Shown here piece by piece: positions 12,626 to 26,896 of a stretch of 64,000 nucleotides of DNA; the stretch's first letter is position 1; every line of letters starts with the position of its first letter. The notes beneath the pieces were generated by a model, which saw only the letters and a list, made by a program, of their open reading frames with translations, was not told the origin of the DNA and made no database searches. This stretch comes from Octopus sinensis (Eukaryota), in the NCBI RefSeq assembly GCF_006345805.1, contig NC_043010.1, positions 9,238,001 through 9,302,000 of the forward strand. Reading direction: 5' to 3'. Both the position numbers and the translations under genes were made by a program.

Positions 12626-13457
12626 AGAAAGATAATTATAATGAAATGATTGATCAAAGTTTTGTCCTGTATTGGCACTTAAGCCAGAGTTTAGAGATTG
12701 CTGTCCGATATGAAAACATTTTTTAATTTTCAAAGAATTTTCCTATATTTTTAATAGAGACAAAACTAAGATGACAATAGAATTGGCCAATTAAAAGGTG
12801 ATTACCCTGGTGATGCCCCAGCATGGCCACAACCTTAGGGCTGAAACATATAAAAGAATAAATGAATTAAGGAATATATATGCATGTACATATGTATGTG
12901 GGTGTCTTTGTGTTTGTGCATGTGTTTGTCCATTTCCCACCACCATTTGATGACTGGTATTGGTCTGTGTATGCCCTTGTAACTTAGCAGTTTCACAAAA
13001 GGGAGCAATAGAATAAGTACCAGAGTTAAAATTAAGCAGTGGGCTTGATTTGTTCAACTAAACCCTTAAAGGCAGTGCCCCAGTTGCAGTCCAATAACTG
13101 AAACAAGTAAAAAAATAAAAGGAAAAAGAAACAACAGAAACAAAATTGTAGTCAGTTAACAATGAAAATGAAAAATATATTTGATATTTGGGACCAATTT
13201 ATCCTACAACAGAGTGGAAAAAAAACAATCAAAGAGAAAAGAAGAGAAAGAAAAACACAGAATAATTGTCGCACATGTGTTCAATTGTCTGTCAGGAAGT
13301 AAGGTGGAAGAGAGAATGTGGAAGAAAGGGGATTTAACTGCAGGAGAATGCTACAAGGGAATTAAGATTGAGAAAAATCTTAAATGAATGTATGCTGGTT
13401 GTTGTGCATCTACATGCATGCAGGTTTTAGGTGTATGTGTAAGTTGTGTGTGTGTTG

Positions 13458-13820
13458 TCATCATCATCATCATCATCATCGTTTAACGTCCGTTTTCTGC
13501 ACTAGCATGGGTTGGACGGTTCGACCGGGGTCTGGGAAGCCAGGGGCTGCTCCAGGCTCCAGTCTGATCTGGCCGAGTTTCTACAGCTGGATGCCTTTCC
13601 TAACGCCAACCACTCCGCGAGTGTAATGGGTGCTTTTTACGTGCCACCTGCACAGGTGCCAGGGGGGGTCCGGCATTGGCCACGATCAGTTGGAGCTTTT
13701 AACATGCCAGCGGCATGGAAGCCAGCCAAGGTGGCGCTGGCAACGTTCGGATGGTGCTTTTTATGTGCCACCGGCACAGAAGCCAGTCGGGGCGGCGCTG
13801 GCATCGGCCACGTTCGGATG
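13458..13820 (-). mobile_element. SINE-like family C
   Basis: Same tail, core and ~60-bp units as 1858-2338. Confidence 0.85.
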
Positions 13821-13956
13821 TTGTGTGTGTGCATATTTGTTCTGTGTGTGTGTTGTACTTATGTTTATTATTGGTGTGTATGTTGTTTTGTGCATGATAG
13901 TATTTAGCTATGTGGAAGTTGAATGTGTTGTGTGCATCTGTATGATGTGTGTTTAT

Positions 13957-14292
13957 TGTTTGAGTCTATTTCTTGACTGTGTTAACCCTTTAGCATTCAG
14001 ATTACTCTGTCAAATGTATTGCTTATTTATTCACATTGTTTTGAGTGACCAGATCCTTCTAATTTGAACATTAAACAGGTAGAATATTCCAGCCAGATAT
14101 GTATGATTTAAATGGTAAAGGATTAAAATGCATATTCTAGTTCACTAGACCCACCCCCATACAGATGATTTCACCAATAACACCTCTCTCATCCTTGAAC
14201 AACTAAACTCATCCATCTCCATTTTCAACTCTTTTACCCTTCTCTTGAATTTACTTCTTCCATCTCTAACACACACTCGTCAACAACCTTGT
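13957..14292. repeat. Inverted duplicate of 16366-16779
   Basis: High-identity reverse complement including both MITE junctions and flanking Penelope-like sequence; lacks ~75 bp of the MITE interior. Confidence 0.9.
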
Positions 14293-14497
14293 TTATGTAG
14301 CTGTGTTTTGAATTGTGGTGGCTTTTTAAGATTTTAAGTGTCATGTGTATGGTTTTTGAATTGTAGTGACTCAATAAAGTTCTAATGCATGAGTATTTGT
14401 GGAACCTTGTAATTAAAAAGGTTTGAGTCAATAAATGTGTGTGTGTGTGTGAACATGTGCATGTGACTGTACATGTTGTATGCTTAGTATACAATAA

Positions 14498-14728
14498 GGC
14501 GGTGAGCTGGCAGAATCGTTTGCAGGTGGGGCGAAATACTCAGCGGTATTTCGTCTGCCGTTACGTTCTGAGTTCAAATTCCGCCTAGATCGACTTTGCC
14601 TTTCATCCTTTTGGGGTCGATTAAATAAGTACCAGTTATGCACTGGGGTCGATGTAATCGACTTAATCCGTTTGTCTGTCCTTGTTTGTCCCCTCTGTGT
14701 TTAGCCCCTTGTGGGTAGCAAAGAAATA
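14498..14728 (+). mobile_element. SINE family B, full length
   Basis: Consensus match; AGTATACA repeated at 14486 and 14729 (candidate TSD). Confidence 0.9.
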
Positions 14729-14970
14729 AGTATACATGTAAGAAAAGAGTAAGTGCATGTAAGTGTGTGTGTTTGTTGAATTGCGATTGCTTAGTTTGAC
14801 TTTGTGTTTGATGTGTGTATAATTAAGCAGTTGCAGAAAATAAAGATGACAATTAGCCCAATCCATTTGTTTGGGAAGTTTCTATATCGAACAAAAGTTG
14901 TTGTTCTTGTTGGAGGGGGAAGTCAAGAACCCGTTATATGAGGTAAGTCCAAAAACAACTGGGTAGTGGT

Positions 14971-15184
14971 AACATTAGCACACCGGGCGAAATGCTTAGC
15001 AGTATTTCGTCTGCATTATGTTGTGAGTTCAAATTCCACCGAGGTCGACTTTACCTTTCATCCTTTCGGGGTCGATAAATTAAGTACTAGTTACGCACTG
15101 GGGTCGATGTAATCAACTTAATACCTATGCCTGTCCTTGTCTGTCCCCTCTGTGTTTAGCCCCTTGTGGGTAATAAAGAAATAG
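14971..15184 (+). mobile_element. SINE family B
   Basis: Consensus match, slightly 5'-truncated. Confidence 0.85.
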
Positions 15185-15815
15185 GTATGGTCAACTGAGC
15201 AGAAATGATGACTCATAGGAGACCAATGTGTTCAATTAACATCATCATCATCATCTAGCGTCCATTTTCCATGTGGGCATGGGTTAGATGGCTTGACTAG
15301 GACTGTTAAGCCAGAGAGCTGTAGCAGGGTCCAGTCTGATTTGGCTTGATTTCTATGGCTAGATGCCCTTCCTAATGCTGATCACTCCAAGAGTGTAGTG
15401 GAGGCATTTTACATGTCATCAACATGAGTGTCTTTTATGTGTCGCTGGCACTGGCCATGGTTACGATTTCACCTGGCTTGATGTGTCTTCTCAAGGACAA
15501 CAAATCGCCAAAGGTCTCAACCACTTATCATCACCTCCAAGATTTGCATAATAGGGTGTTTTATGCAGCAACTGTAAATTTTGGCAGTAGAGATGAAATG
15601 CTTCTAGATTTGGAAGGAGTTGTTGTTAGGTTTGATAAGGATATTTTTATAAAGAAAGGGCAAGTGTAGAAATGGATATAGGAACATTTAAAAGAGAAGA
15701 GAGAAAATTAAGGAACAGGAGGGAAATAGTGAGGTCAGATTGGAAGGATCAGAAGTGTCTTAAGATGGTACCTTATAGAATTAGTGTTGAAAGATGGGGA
15801 GTGGAAAGAGGAGCT

Positions 15816-16043
15816 ATTTCTTTATTACCTACAAGGGGCTAAACACAGAGGGGACAAACAAGGACAGACATAGGTATTAAGTCGATTACATCGACCCCAG
15901 TGCGTCTATATCTTAATTTATCGACCCCGAAAGGATGAAAGGCAAAGTTGACCTCGGCGGAATTTGAACTCACAATGTAACGGCAGACGAAATACCGCAA
16001 AGCATTTTGCCTGGCGCGCTAACGTTTCTGCCAGCTCACCGCC
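15816..16043 (-). mobile_element. SINE family B inserted in the PLE remnant
   Basis: 15-bp TSD GTGGAAAGAGGAGCT at 15801-15815 and 16046-16060. Confidence 0.92.
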
Positions 16044-16535
16044 TTGTGGAAAGAGGAGCTGATTGTTCATGAGCCAGGCACAGTGTGAGAGGTTTGTAGG
16101 GTGATTGACTTCAGGAGTGCAGGCAAAGACACCGTAAACTAAGGAAGTATCCAAATCATGTAAAACTACACAACTTATGTAAAGACTGGGTATGAAAGTC
16201 ATCAATATGGTTGCAGAAGTGAACGAAGTGGGAGCAGGAGATGATGCATTTGGTACAAGATAAGAAAGGGTTGAGGGAAGAGTAGGATTCTATTGGTTTG
16301 CTGCAGACAGATGTGATGAAGATGGGTTGAGGATGGGTTGAGGATGATTGATGAAAATACAGATGACAAGGTTGTTGATGAGTGTGTGTTAGAGACGGAA
16401 GAAGTAAATTCAAGAGAAGGGTAAAAGAGTTGTAAATGGAGATGAATGAGTTTAGTTGTTCAAGGATGAGAGAGGTGTTATTGGTGAAATCATCTGTATG
16501 GGGGTGGGTCTAGTGAACTGGAATATGCATTTTAA

Positions 16536-16750
16536 TCCTTTACCATTTAAATCATACATATCTGGCTGGAATATTCTACCTGTTTAATGTTCAAATTGGC
16601 AGGATCTGGTCACTCACACTTACCCTACAATGTCACTCTAAAAATAAACAAGCAAATCAACGGAATCTCAAAGAGGTACTGCATGATTAATTCAAAACAA
16701 TGTGAATGAATAAGCAATACATTTGACAGAGTAATCTGAATGCTAAAGGG
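16536..16750. mobile_element. piggyBac-like MITE inserted in the PLE remnant
   Basis: TTAA|TCCTTTACCATT...AATGCTAAAGGG|TTGA; related partial copy at ~27395-27568. Confidence 0.75.
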
Positions 16751-17439
16751 TTGACATAGTCAAGAAATAGGCTCAAACAGTTGGGGACCTGTTCTATTTT
16801 CTATAACCATCCAAGAGATTTGGTGGTTTGTTTCACTGGAAAAGAGAAGTAACTGAGAGTGAGGATGAGTTCAACAAGGTGGAAAAGGTTGGTTGTAGTG
16901 GGGTCTAGCATAGTGCACAAAAGCAAAGGGATCATCATTGTGTGGGATGACAGCAAGAACATATTTAATGTCTGTAGGGAAGAGCCACCAAGAGGGGCCA
17001 GAGAGAAAAAAAAAGGAGTCAACAAACAATACAGTGGATATGGCTGGCTTTGTGAATATGGTGGAGAGAGAAGTGAGGCAAACAAGGATGGGAATGAAAT
17101 CAAGATATTTAGAATGAAATTCAGTGGTGCACTTGCGGCTCGGAATGGTGTAGCAGTCAAGGTGACATGGCTTGTAAATATTTTTTGAACAAAAATTTAT
17201 TGCGGAGGTGCAGGGTGTGATGATGAAGTTGAACTCCTCCTCATCCTCATCCTCCTCCTCCTCCTCCTCCTCCACCACCACCACCACCACCACCACCACC
17301 ACCACCACCTCTGCCTCCCGCCTCCCCCCTTCCCCCACACCTCCTCTCCTTCTCCTCCTCCTTATCATCATCATAATTTAATATCCATGTTCCATGCTTG
17401 CATAGGTAGATGCACACACACACACACACACAAACACAT

Positions 17440-17506
<67 letters not shown>

Positions 17507-17678
17507 CAGAAAAACATTTTAAGTTTCATTTATGGGAAACGCTTTTAAGCTTGCATATAAAAGCTTCCATTCTCTTATGCCAGCTACAGTCTAATGATAC
17601 CAACTAGCAATAGCAGTTTTATGGGGTTGTAGTGAGCTGTGCCAGTAGAAATACATACATACATACATACACACACAC

Positions 17679-17711
<33 letters not shown>

Positions 17712-17897
17712 GGGAGAGTTACGAAAAAAACAAAAGACGAAGACAGGTGGTATACAAAGCAAACAGATGTATTAGTATAATGCTCAGGAATAGAAAAAGT
17801 CTTTTACGTTTTGAGCCTGCGCTCTTCTACAGAAAGGGACACAGAAAAATCAAGGAGAGAAAAAAATGTGTGTAGTGGCTAACGATCTATCATGGCG

Positions 17898-17899
<2 letters not shown>
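17712..17899 (-). mobile_element. Short (TA)n-embedded element with decayed hammerhead motif (17801-17836)
   Basis: Minus strand CTTT-CTGTAGA-A-GAGC gcag GCTC-AAAA-CGT-A-AAAG; shares a GTATT...GCTCAGGAA motif with 62586-62794. Confidence 0.6.
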
Positions 17900-17928
<29 letters not shown>

Positions 17929-19361
17929 CACAAATAAACATATACAATATTGTACTAAAATACATATCATTGAAACGGTATTGTGAGAATTATATGAATG
18001 TGATCATGTTTAATAAGTAAAAATAATTTATCTTCGACAGAATAAAAACTTGTGCTAAACATGTAAAATAAGTATTTTCGAATTTTGCTAGAATACCATC
18101 AATTTTAGAGGAAGGGGTTTGTTCATCACATTGACCTCAGTGTTCTCTAGGTGCTTATTTTATTGACTTCCCAAAAGAATGAAAGGCAAAGTCAACCTTG
18201 GCAGAATTTGAACTCAGAACATAAAGAGCCAGAAAAATATTTCCAACAGAATAAAGAACTGTGCAAAACATGTAAAAAAAAACAAAAACAGGAGGCTTCA
18301 GATTTTGGCACAATGCCAGCAATTTTAAGGAAATTTGTCAGTTTTATTGAGCCTAGTGCAAAACTGGTACTTATTTTATCAACCCCAAAGGATGAAAGGC
18401 CATGTTGAGCTCAGTGGAATTTGAACTCTGAACATAGAGAACCAGAAGAAATGCTGCTTAATAATTTGTCATGTGTACTTGAGTTCTGGTACTGACAAAC
18501 TGCTATAAATATAGAGGGAATGGTTAATGGTAAGTGAATAAACTGCAGTGAATGACTGCTCATTTTATTGACTCTAAAGAATGTCAAAGTCAATGTTGAT
18601 AAGATATGAACTCAAAATATAAACAGTGAAACTAAATACTGAAACATTTTGTTTTTGGATTTGGTTTGCAAGATTCTTTATATGAGTTCAAAGGTTGCAA
18701 GATGCAACAAAAGTTTTAGGACAATAAAAATAAGAAAAAAGGGGAAATTTTACCGGTGAGTATGTTGAATAATAAGGCACAAAAAGAAAATGACTCTCCC
18801 CAGACACAACTAAATACTGAAAAACTATTAACATAATATTCTCGTATTTTTTATATGATCTACAAACTGAAAATTAATAAATAAACTGATCCAGTAATCA
18901 TGTTTATATATAGTTATGTGATTGCTAAAAATAGCATAAAAATCTCACAAATCACATTTTACTAGCTATGAAAAAAAAAACCGGACATATCAAATAATAC
19001 AGTCTGTGATATGCTAAGTATAAAAGTAATACTCATGATTAGGATATTTTTGATCAAAGTTCATTTTGATCTGGGTTCAACTGCAGCTAAAATAAAACCA
19101 GCACTAACAACAAAAATGAAATTAAATGAAATTAAATGAAATGCTAAAAGAAAATAAATTAGAAAGAAAACAGACAACTGTAAAGGATTAGAAAAAATTA
19201 TAGATAAGTAAAATACTTCAATTGCATGCCAGTTAATCATTTGTCAGAAATAATTAAAAAAATATCCTTTCAAGTATTCTTAAACAACTTAGAATTCTTC
19301 AATCAGTGATTCTTCTTTTTTTGTTGATAAGTTTTAGTTTTAATCTATGCAATGCTGTGAG

Positions 19362-20069
19362 TATCAAAAATTTAATTAGAAACAGCTATGCTGTAATGAA
19401 AAGATTTAATTACCTCAATAACTATAGTTATCTTAATCATTTTGTAAAGTATGGGAGACAACTCTTGACATACTTTGCTCTTATAAGGCCTCTTCAATGA
19501 AGTATAGACTTCACTAGACTTGTTGATGAGAGAATTAGTGAACAGATATTTTGCATAAGTGAATAGGAAAAATTAACATATTGTTTTATTTTTTAAAAAT
19601 CAATCAATGAGATTGATTGTTGAGACATAACGATCTCATGAAAAGCAATAGTTAAGTTTGAGTCGATCTACTTAGAATAGCAAGCATCAAATATCTTATT
19701 ACAAATACTAAGGCGATGGAAGGAGGAGGAGGGTGACATACATTCATTTCTGAGCGAATTTTAACACATTTTGAGATAATATAATAAAAACACTATCAAT
19801 ACAAATAACTTTATTATAACAGCTATCATTAGCAAAGATAGAAACATTTTTATTTCTATATTTGCATATATTTTATATTATGATATTGAATAATTTGTGT
19901 CGAAATGAATGTTGATTTAGCAAATTACATTGAATTTTCACCTGATGTGAGAAATATTATATGTTTGGTGATCATTATTCAGATTTGTCTCAACTAAAAC
20001 AAATTTGTGTATTATTTTCATTTTAAATACTGATATTGCAACTTCACCATTTTAGGTATGCTTTCAAAA
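19362..20069. repeat. Left arm of long diverged inverted repeat
   Basis: Colinear reverse-complement match to 22506-23229, e.g. GAATGTTGATTTAGCAAATTRCATTGAATTTTCACCYGATGTGA. Confidence 0.9.
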
Positions 20070-20751
20070 TACAGGCAAATATATTCGATGTAAAAGATAT
20101 GTTTATTAATTATCTCACGTGTACACTAAATTATTAGGAGACACAGATAAATAATAATTTATAATTCCTATACATAAAACACTAAGTCCATATGAATAAG
20201 TTTTTTTTTTTTTACTTGTCATGCTAGAAGAAGAAAACAACAGATGTATTGAGTGAGATGTGGGAGAGAAGCATAGGAAGTTTTTTAATGGGTAGTAGAT
20301 AAGGTAAATAGATAAATGGAAATTTAACACAAAATAAAGGAGAAATAAAGAAATAAGCATTCAATAGCTTGTGGAACAGGTAAGCATGCAAGCAGACAGT
20401 GAAATGTAGGACTGGTTAAGAAAATGCAACACACACACGTTTTATTTTTTTTGTTTACTTGCTTCAGCCATTTGACTGCAGCCATGCAGGTGCACCACCT
20501 TGAAGGCCTTTAGTCAGACAATTTGACCCCAGGACTTATATTTTGTAAACCTAGTACTTATTCTATTGGTTTCATTTTGCTGAACTGCTAAGTTACAGGG
20601 ATGTAAACACATCAACGCTGGTTGCCAAGCAGTGATGGTGGGGACAAACACAGACACAAACATACACACATAGATATATACATATATTTACATATATACA
20701 ATGGGCTTCTTTCAGTTTCTGTCAAGTAAATCCACTCACAATTATATATTC

Positions 20752-21173
20752 TTTTACTCTTTTACTCTTTTACTTGTTTCAGTCATTTGACTGCGGCCAT
20801 GCTAGAGCACCGCTTTTAATCAAGCAACTCGACCCCGGGACTTATTCTTTTGTAAGCCTAGTACTTATTCTATCGGTCTCTTTTGCCGAACCACTAAGTA
20901 ACGGGGACATAAGCACACCAGCATCGGTTGTCAAGCAATGCTAGGGGGACAAACACAGACACACAAACATATACACACACATACATATATATATGTATAT
21001 ACATATATACGACAGGCTTCTTTCAGTTTCCGTCTACCAAATCCACTCACAAGGCTTTGGTCAGCCTGAGGCTATAGTAGAAGACACTTGCCCAAGGTGC
21101 CACGCAGTGGGACTGAACCCGGAACCATGTGGTTGGTAAACAAGCTACTTACCACACAGCCACTCCTGCACCT
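20752..21173 (-). mobile_element. SINE family A, full length (older partial copy at ~20452-20740)
   Basis: Consensus match. Confidence 0.9.
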
Positions 21174-21618
21174 ATGTATGTATATGTAACAAAGTAGTGA
21201 GATTCAAGATTATCGTGACACAGAAAGGTGGTTAGCCTCTACAGTTGCTTATATTGAAGGTATTTCATTGGTTGCTTGATGAAGCCATACATCCACTCAC
21301 CATTTGACTTGACCTATAGAAATATTTTTATGGTTTAATGTAATAAATACTTTTTGACAATGATCTTCCTTTACAAAAATGGTAGGAAACTACCCTAAGA
21401 CAAGGAACTCTGAACATCTTGAAGTGACATAACTTCTGTTTGTTGATTCCTTTGAAACATAAGCAGTTTGTAATTATTTCCTTCTTTCCTTTTATTTATT
21501 GTCATATATATATATATATATATAATATGAGAGAATATTATTCCAAACTTACAGGGAAAAATTCAATTTAGAAATACTAAATCAATTTTCACAAAATATA
21601 ATATAATAATAATAATTG

Positions 21619-21649
<31 letters not shown>

Positions 21650-21942
21650 ATATATCAAGCAGAGGAGGAAGCAGGTTAAGGAGGGGATCGACACCTTTGA
21701 GAGAGCATGTATTGTGCTTGTAGAATTTAAGTGTGCTGCCCGAAAGCGCACTGCTGGTGTAGAGAATGGGGAAAGCTTGGTTTGCAATGTTTTCAGTCGT
21801 GTATGCCTGTCAAGAGCAGGGCTCATTAGCCACTAATGGAGCTACAAATGCAAAATATAATTTAGTCCTAGAGCACACAATGTTCCTAAATGTCAGCAAT
21901 GGTCTTCCTCAGTCACAAGTGGAAGGCCATCATTATATATAT

Positions 21943-22171
21943 ATTTCTTTACTATCCACAAGGGGCTAAACACAGAGGGGACAAACAAAGACAGGCAAAC
22001 AGATTGAATCGATTACATCGACTCCAATGCGTAACTGGTACTTAATTTATCGATCCCGAAAGGATGAAAGGCAAAGTTGACCTCAGCGGAATTTGAACCC
22101 AGAACGTAACGGCAGACGAAATACGGCTACGCATTTCGCCCAGCGCGCTAACGTTTCTGCCAGCTCGCCGC

Positions 22172-22173
<2 letters not shown>
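21943..22173 (-). mobile_element. SINE family B
   Basis: Consensus match. Confidence 0.9.
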
Positions 22174-22255
<82 letters not shown>

Positions 22256-22433
22256 ATGTATGTATGTATGTATGTATATATATATATATATATACATATG
22301 TGTATATATATATATATTATATATATATATATATACATATGTATGTATATATATATGTATATATACATATGTGTATATATATATATATATGTACACGTGT
22401 GTGTGTGTATTTGTGTGTGTGTATGTGTGTGTA

Positions 22434-22480
<47 letters not shown>

Positions 22481-22505
22481 TAAAAACTCACCCTACTGAA
22501 TATGC

Positions 22506-23229
22506 TTTTGAAAGCATATCCTGAATAGTGAGGTGGCAATACGCGTATTTAAAATAAATATAATATATTACAAACTTGTTTTAGTTGGGGGAAAATCTGT
22601 ATTATGATCACCAAACAAACAATATTTTTCACATCGGGTGAAAATTCAATGCAATTTGCTAAATCAACATTCGTTTCAACACAAATAATTCAATATTATG
22701 AAATAAAATAAATGCAAATATTGAATTAAAGTTGTTTCTATCTGTACTAATGATAGTTGCAATAATAAAGTTATTTGTATTACTAGTGTCATTAGTATGT
22801 TATCTTGAAATGAGTTAAACTTGCCACAGGCATGACTTCATGTTGATTTTCTCCTCCACCTAAGAGGTATTTATAATACAATATTTGGTGCTTGCTTTAT
22901 TAAATAGATTGACTCTAACTCAACTATTGCTTTTCTTGTGATTGTTATGTCTTGGCAATCAATTTCATTGATTGATTTAAAAAAAAGATATAACAATATG
23001 CTAATTTTTCATGTCTGCTCATGTACAATATTGTACATCGTATTGATTCATTCATCACTATACCACAAAGTACATTGAAGCCTAATCTTTAATGAAAAGG
23101 TTTTATAAGAGTGGAATACCTTAGAAGTTATCTCCCATGAAAGAACCATATTTTTATATATGGGAGATAATGCTGAGACAATACTGTCTTTTTCTCAGTG
23201 CATAAATATTTTAAATTAAATTTTTGATA
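22506..23229. repeat. Right arm of long diverged inverted repeat
   Basis: Reverse complement of 19362-20069; ends where a family C SINE begins. Confidence 0.9.
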
Positions 23230-23530
23230 TGGAGGCAATGTCAAATGACTGAGACCTTTAGCAATGTGCTGTGCCTGAGAAGAAGACCCATCAAGCCAAG
23301 GGAAATTGTAGTCATGGTAGATACTGGTATCATGCAACTGGCATCTGTGCTGGTGACATGTAAAAGCATCCATTAACCTCCTGAAGTGGTTGGCATTAGG
23401 AAGGGAATTCAAGTGTAGAAACTATGCCAGATCAGACTGGAGTCTGATGCAGCCCCTGAGTTTACAAGCACTGGTCAAACCGACCAAGCCATGCCAGCAT
23501 AGACAACAGACATTAAATGAAGATGATGTT
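23230..23530 (+). mobile_element. SINE-like family C, diverged
   Basis: GTGGTTGGCATTAGGAAGGG core and GACATTAAATGAAGATGATG tail. Confidence 0.75.
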
Positions 23531-24220
23531 ACATGAAATACATTAAAGTTAACATACCAATAATGGTATGCAATATATATGTAATACCCAGTCTGCTGTA
23601 ATGATTCTAAAATACAACACTTAAAAACCTAATGGTATATCCTTTTCATACTCCTCTGAAGAGATTTTGTCTAATATAATGATTTTAGTAATTGCTATTT
23701 AATCTATTAAGCCTAATTGAAACAGCTGTAAGGGACCATGTTTGATTTTTGAAGATAATAAATTTTTATTAAATGTTAAATCTCCAGTTTCTTACTTTCT
23801 TTTGAGTGATTATAGACCATGGTTTACATATAAACCTATTGTTTTATGAATAACATTATTTTCACAAAACTAAGGAAAATAATTCCATTGAAGGGGTGTG
23901 TGAAACATCTAATTCACTGGTATTCAGTGAATTCAGTGAATTGTCGGCCTTTTGATGTTTTAATAATTGTTTTATGCTATCTTATGTTATATTATATTTA
24001 TAGTATATTATGTTTTATTATAATATAAATAAATTGTTGGATTGTCAATTGTATCTCTCTATTTAATTTTATCTTTAAAATCAAAATAAGCAAAAAGGAT
24101 ATCCAGAGGTAATGCAGTACGATCGTTTCAAGTAATTTCATTTAATTGAACAATGCAATCATTGCATCAATTTAAATGCAGAGCAATCCTCAGCTGCATA
24201 AAGACATAGAATTTAATTAA

Positions 24221-24428
24221 CCCTTTCGTTACTGTATTTATTTTGAGATGCTTTGTGTTTCTTTCAATTACTTTAAATATAACAAAGAATTTCGTAAAAT
24301 AACTTAGTTATCATTCAGCTAGTGTTAGGAACATAAATTGTGACTAAGATTTTAATTCAAAACTTTTGAAAACTAGACATTTGTGCTCAGAGCCAGAGCT
24401 GGTTTCAGCTGGGTTGGTAACGAAAGGG
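24221..24428. mobile_element. piggyBac-like MITE
   Basis: Perfect 12-bp TIR CCCTTTCGTTAC/GTAACGAAAGGG with TTAA on both sides. Confidence 0.9.
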
Positions 24429-24649
24429 TTAAATTAAAACAGATGGACACATTAGTATAATTATACCTAAAATTTCCAAGAAGGTAAGGAGATTGAGAAC
24501 ATGCTGTCTTCACTTCAGCTTAGTAGATTCTACATATAGGAGGAATTACAACCATGTTTCGTGGTCTGCTACCACAACAGCTCCTTTATAGGATCCAAAG
24601 CCTTGTAAGCAGATCAAACTGATGAAAACTGAAAGAAGTCCATCATATA

Positions 24650-24714
<65 letters not shown>

Positions 24715-24719
24715 ATATG

Positions 24720-24802
<83 letters not shown>

Positions 24803-26203
24803 TTATATATATATATAATTACATGTGTGTGTGTGTGTTGTGTGCGCATATATATTTATATATAGATACATAAATATATGTCTGTGTGTTTGTGTGTGTG
24901 CTTGTGTATGTGTCTCCTTGCCTTGATGCTCTCTCATAACTATAATTAAGTGTCACCATCATACAGACAGTGTCCTTCATTTCCAATCTTTTGTGAATAC
25001 ATGTCCATCATGGGTAAATATCTCCCTACTTGAAAACAGGTAAGGGTTGGCAACAGGAAAGGCATCCAGCCAAAGAAAAATCACTTCCTCCCTTCTTTTC
25101 CTCTCTCCCCTCTTTCTCTGCCTTCACCCCCCCACACACACACAAACACACACACATAGACAGATACATGTGAGTATAGAAATGTGGATGTTAAATCAAT
25201 AATGTTGATGATGTTTGGTATCATCTAATTGACACAACCAAAGGATAATTAAAAAAACAAGGAACCAGAAATAACATTTCTGTGTAGTGGTTCCACTTGT
25301 AATGGAGTGTCACAGCAAACAACTCCATGAAACATCCTGTTCTTTAGCTACTAACTCTATGTTCTAAACTTAACCCTGAGCAGTTTAGAGGGTTCTCGCA
25401 TAAGCTAAACATACTTCAGCAGGGCTAAATGCTTATAATATAAAGAGTAAACTGAGTGCCTAGAAGCACATGAATGTGTAATGAACTTGAATGAATGAAA
25501 AAAAATAATGTACCAACCCAACTGCACTGTGTGTCTTTGTATTCTGTTTACAAACTAACTTGAATACACTGTGATACGATCCATTATAATAAATATCCAG
25601 CATTGACAACAGATTCAGTCATATTCTTTGAATAATGAGTCCCTTTTACATTGAACAAATTAATCAGGGGAAAAGCAATGGAAGAAAAAGAAGAGGAAAA
25701 TAAAACGAAAGGAAACAAAAACAGATGAAAAATGCTTGTTTCTTTTCAGATAAAGATCTAATGGAGTTTGGCAATAATATGCTTTTCTTCTCATCTTTGA
25801 TTGTTTTTATAACATATTTACTTCTCCTAATGTCTTAGGGTTCTTAACACATGCAAATAAAGATACAAATACAATTATTTCGAGCATAATCACAGTAAAA
25901 CTCTATCAGTGAATGCAAAAGATAACAAAAATTAATTCTCATTCACTATTCTTGACAATAAGAATCAACCCGAAGAAAGATAGGATCTTACCATATTCTA
26001 ATTCCTTTCTCTTTCCATTCCTCTCCCTCTGTTTCTTTTGTTCCCTTTTTTCTCCATTTTGTTTATAATTTCCTCTTCTCTCCCCCTATTTTTTAAAAAC
26101 TTTTCTACCTTCTTTCTACTGCTTTGCTTTTCTCATTGTTCTCCTTACCCATCTCTCTTTCTCTCTGTCTCTCTGTCTCTCTCTCTCCCTCCCTCTCTCT
26201 CTG

Positions 26204-26236
<33 letters not shown>

Positions 26237-26896
26237 ACTTTCAGACTGTCTCCATCATTTTCCTATCTTTTCATCTGTTCTCATTTTTCCCCCCTCACTT
26301 CCTCCCTTCTTTTCCTCTCTCTCCTCTTTCTCTGTCTTCACACACGCCCACACACACACACACACATACACACACACATACTCACACACACACACACCCA
26401 CACAAACACACACACATACACACTCACACACACTCACACACATACACACACTCACACACACACACACACACACAAATGCACACACATATACACATACCTT
26501 AATTGGCACTCCATTGGTTATGATGACGTGTGTTCCAGTCGAGCCGTTCAACAGAACAACCTGCTCATGAAATTAACATGCAAATGGCTGAGCACTCCAG
26601 AAACACATGGACGCTTAAAGTAGTTCACCAGAAGATTTAGTGTTTCACAGAATGTGACAAGGCTGGCCTTTTGAAATAGAAGTACAGCTCAGTCTTACCA
26701 CCTCCATGGATTGGAGAAAGGTGAAACAGACTGCTTTGCGCAAAGACACAATGTGCCACCAGGAATTGAACTCATGACCTTGTGATTGTGAGCTGAATAT
26801 GTACTCCACGAATTCATGTGCCTTCGTGTATGTATACTATATAAGCACGCACACACACACAGACATATATATGTATATATATATATATATATATAT

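Larger units (their letters stand above)
15550..17190 (-). pseudogene. Decayed Penelope-like element reverse transcriptase remnant
   Basis: Minus-strand fragments in order: KNIYKP..CTTEFHSKYLD, FPTDIKYVLAVIPH, TTTNLFHLVELILTLSYFSF, HTDDF..LEQLNSFI..NSFYPSLEFT, TSVCSKPIES, QSLHKLCS. These parallel the PLE RT motifs KIHKP, FTMDVxSLYTxIPH, LxELVLTxNxFxF, YIDD, NSFHPxLKFT, TxVYxKPTD, LRRLCS. Multiple frameshifts; left boundary approximate. Confidence 0.75.

Noticed and set aside
19895-19998. Short peptide apparently conserved between the inverted-repeat arms (NVDLAN.IEFSPDV.NI.CLVIII)
   Set aside because: Stop codon just upstream in both arms, ATG in only one, and an indel breaks the frame; explained by nucleotide similarity.
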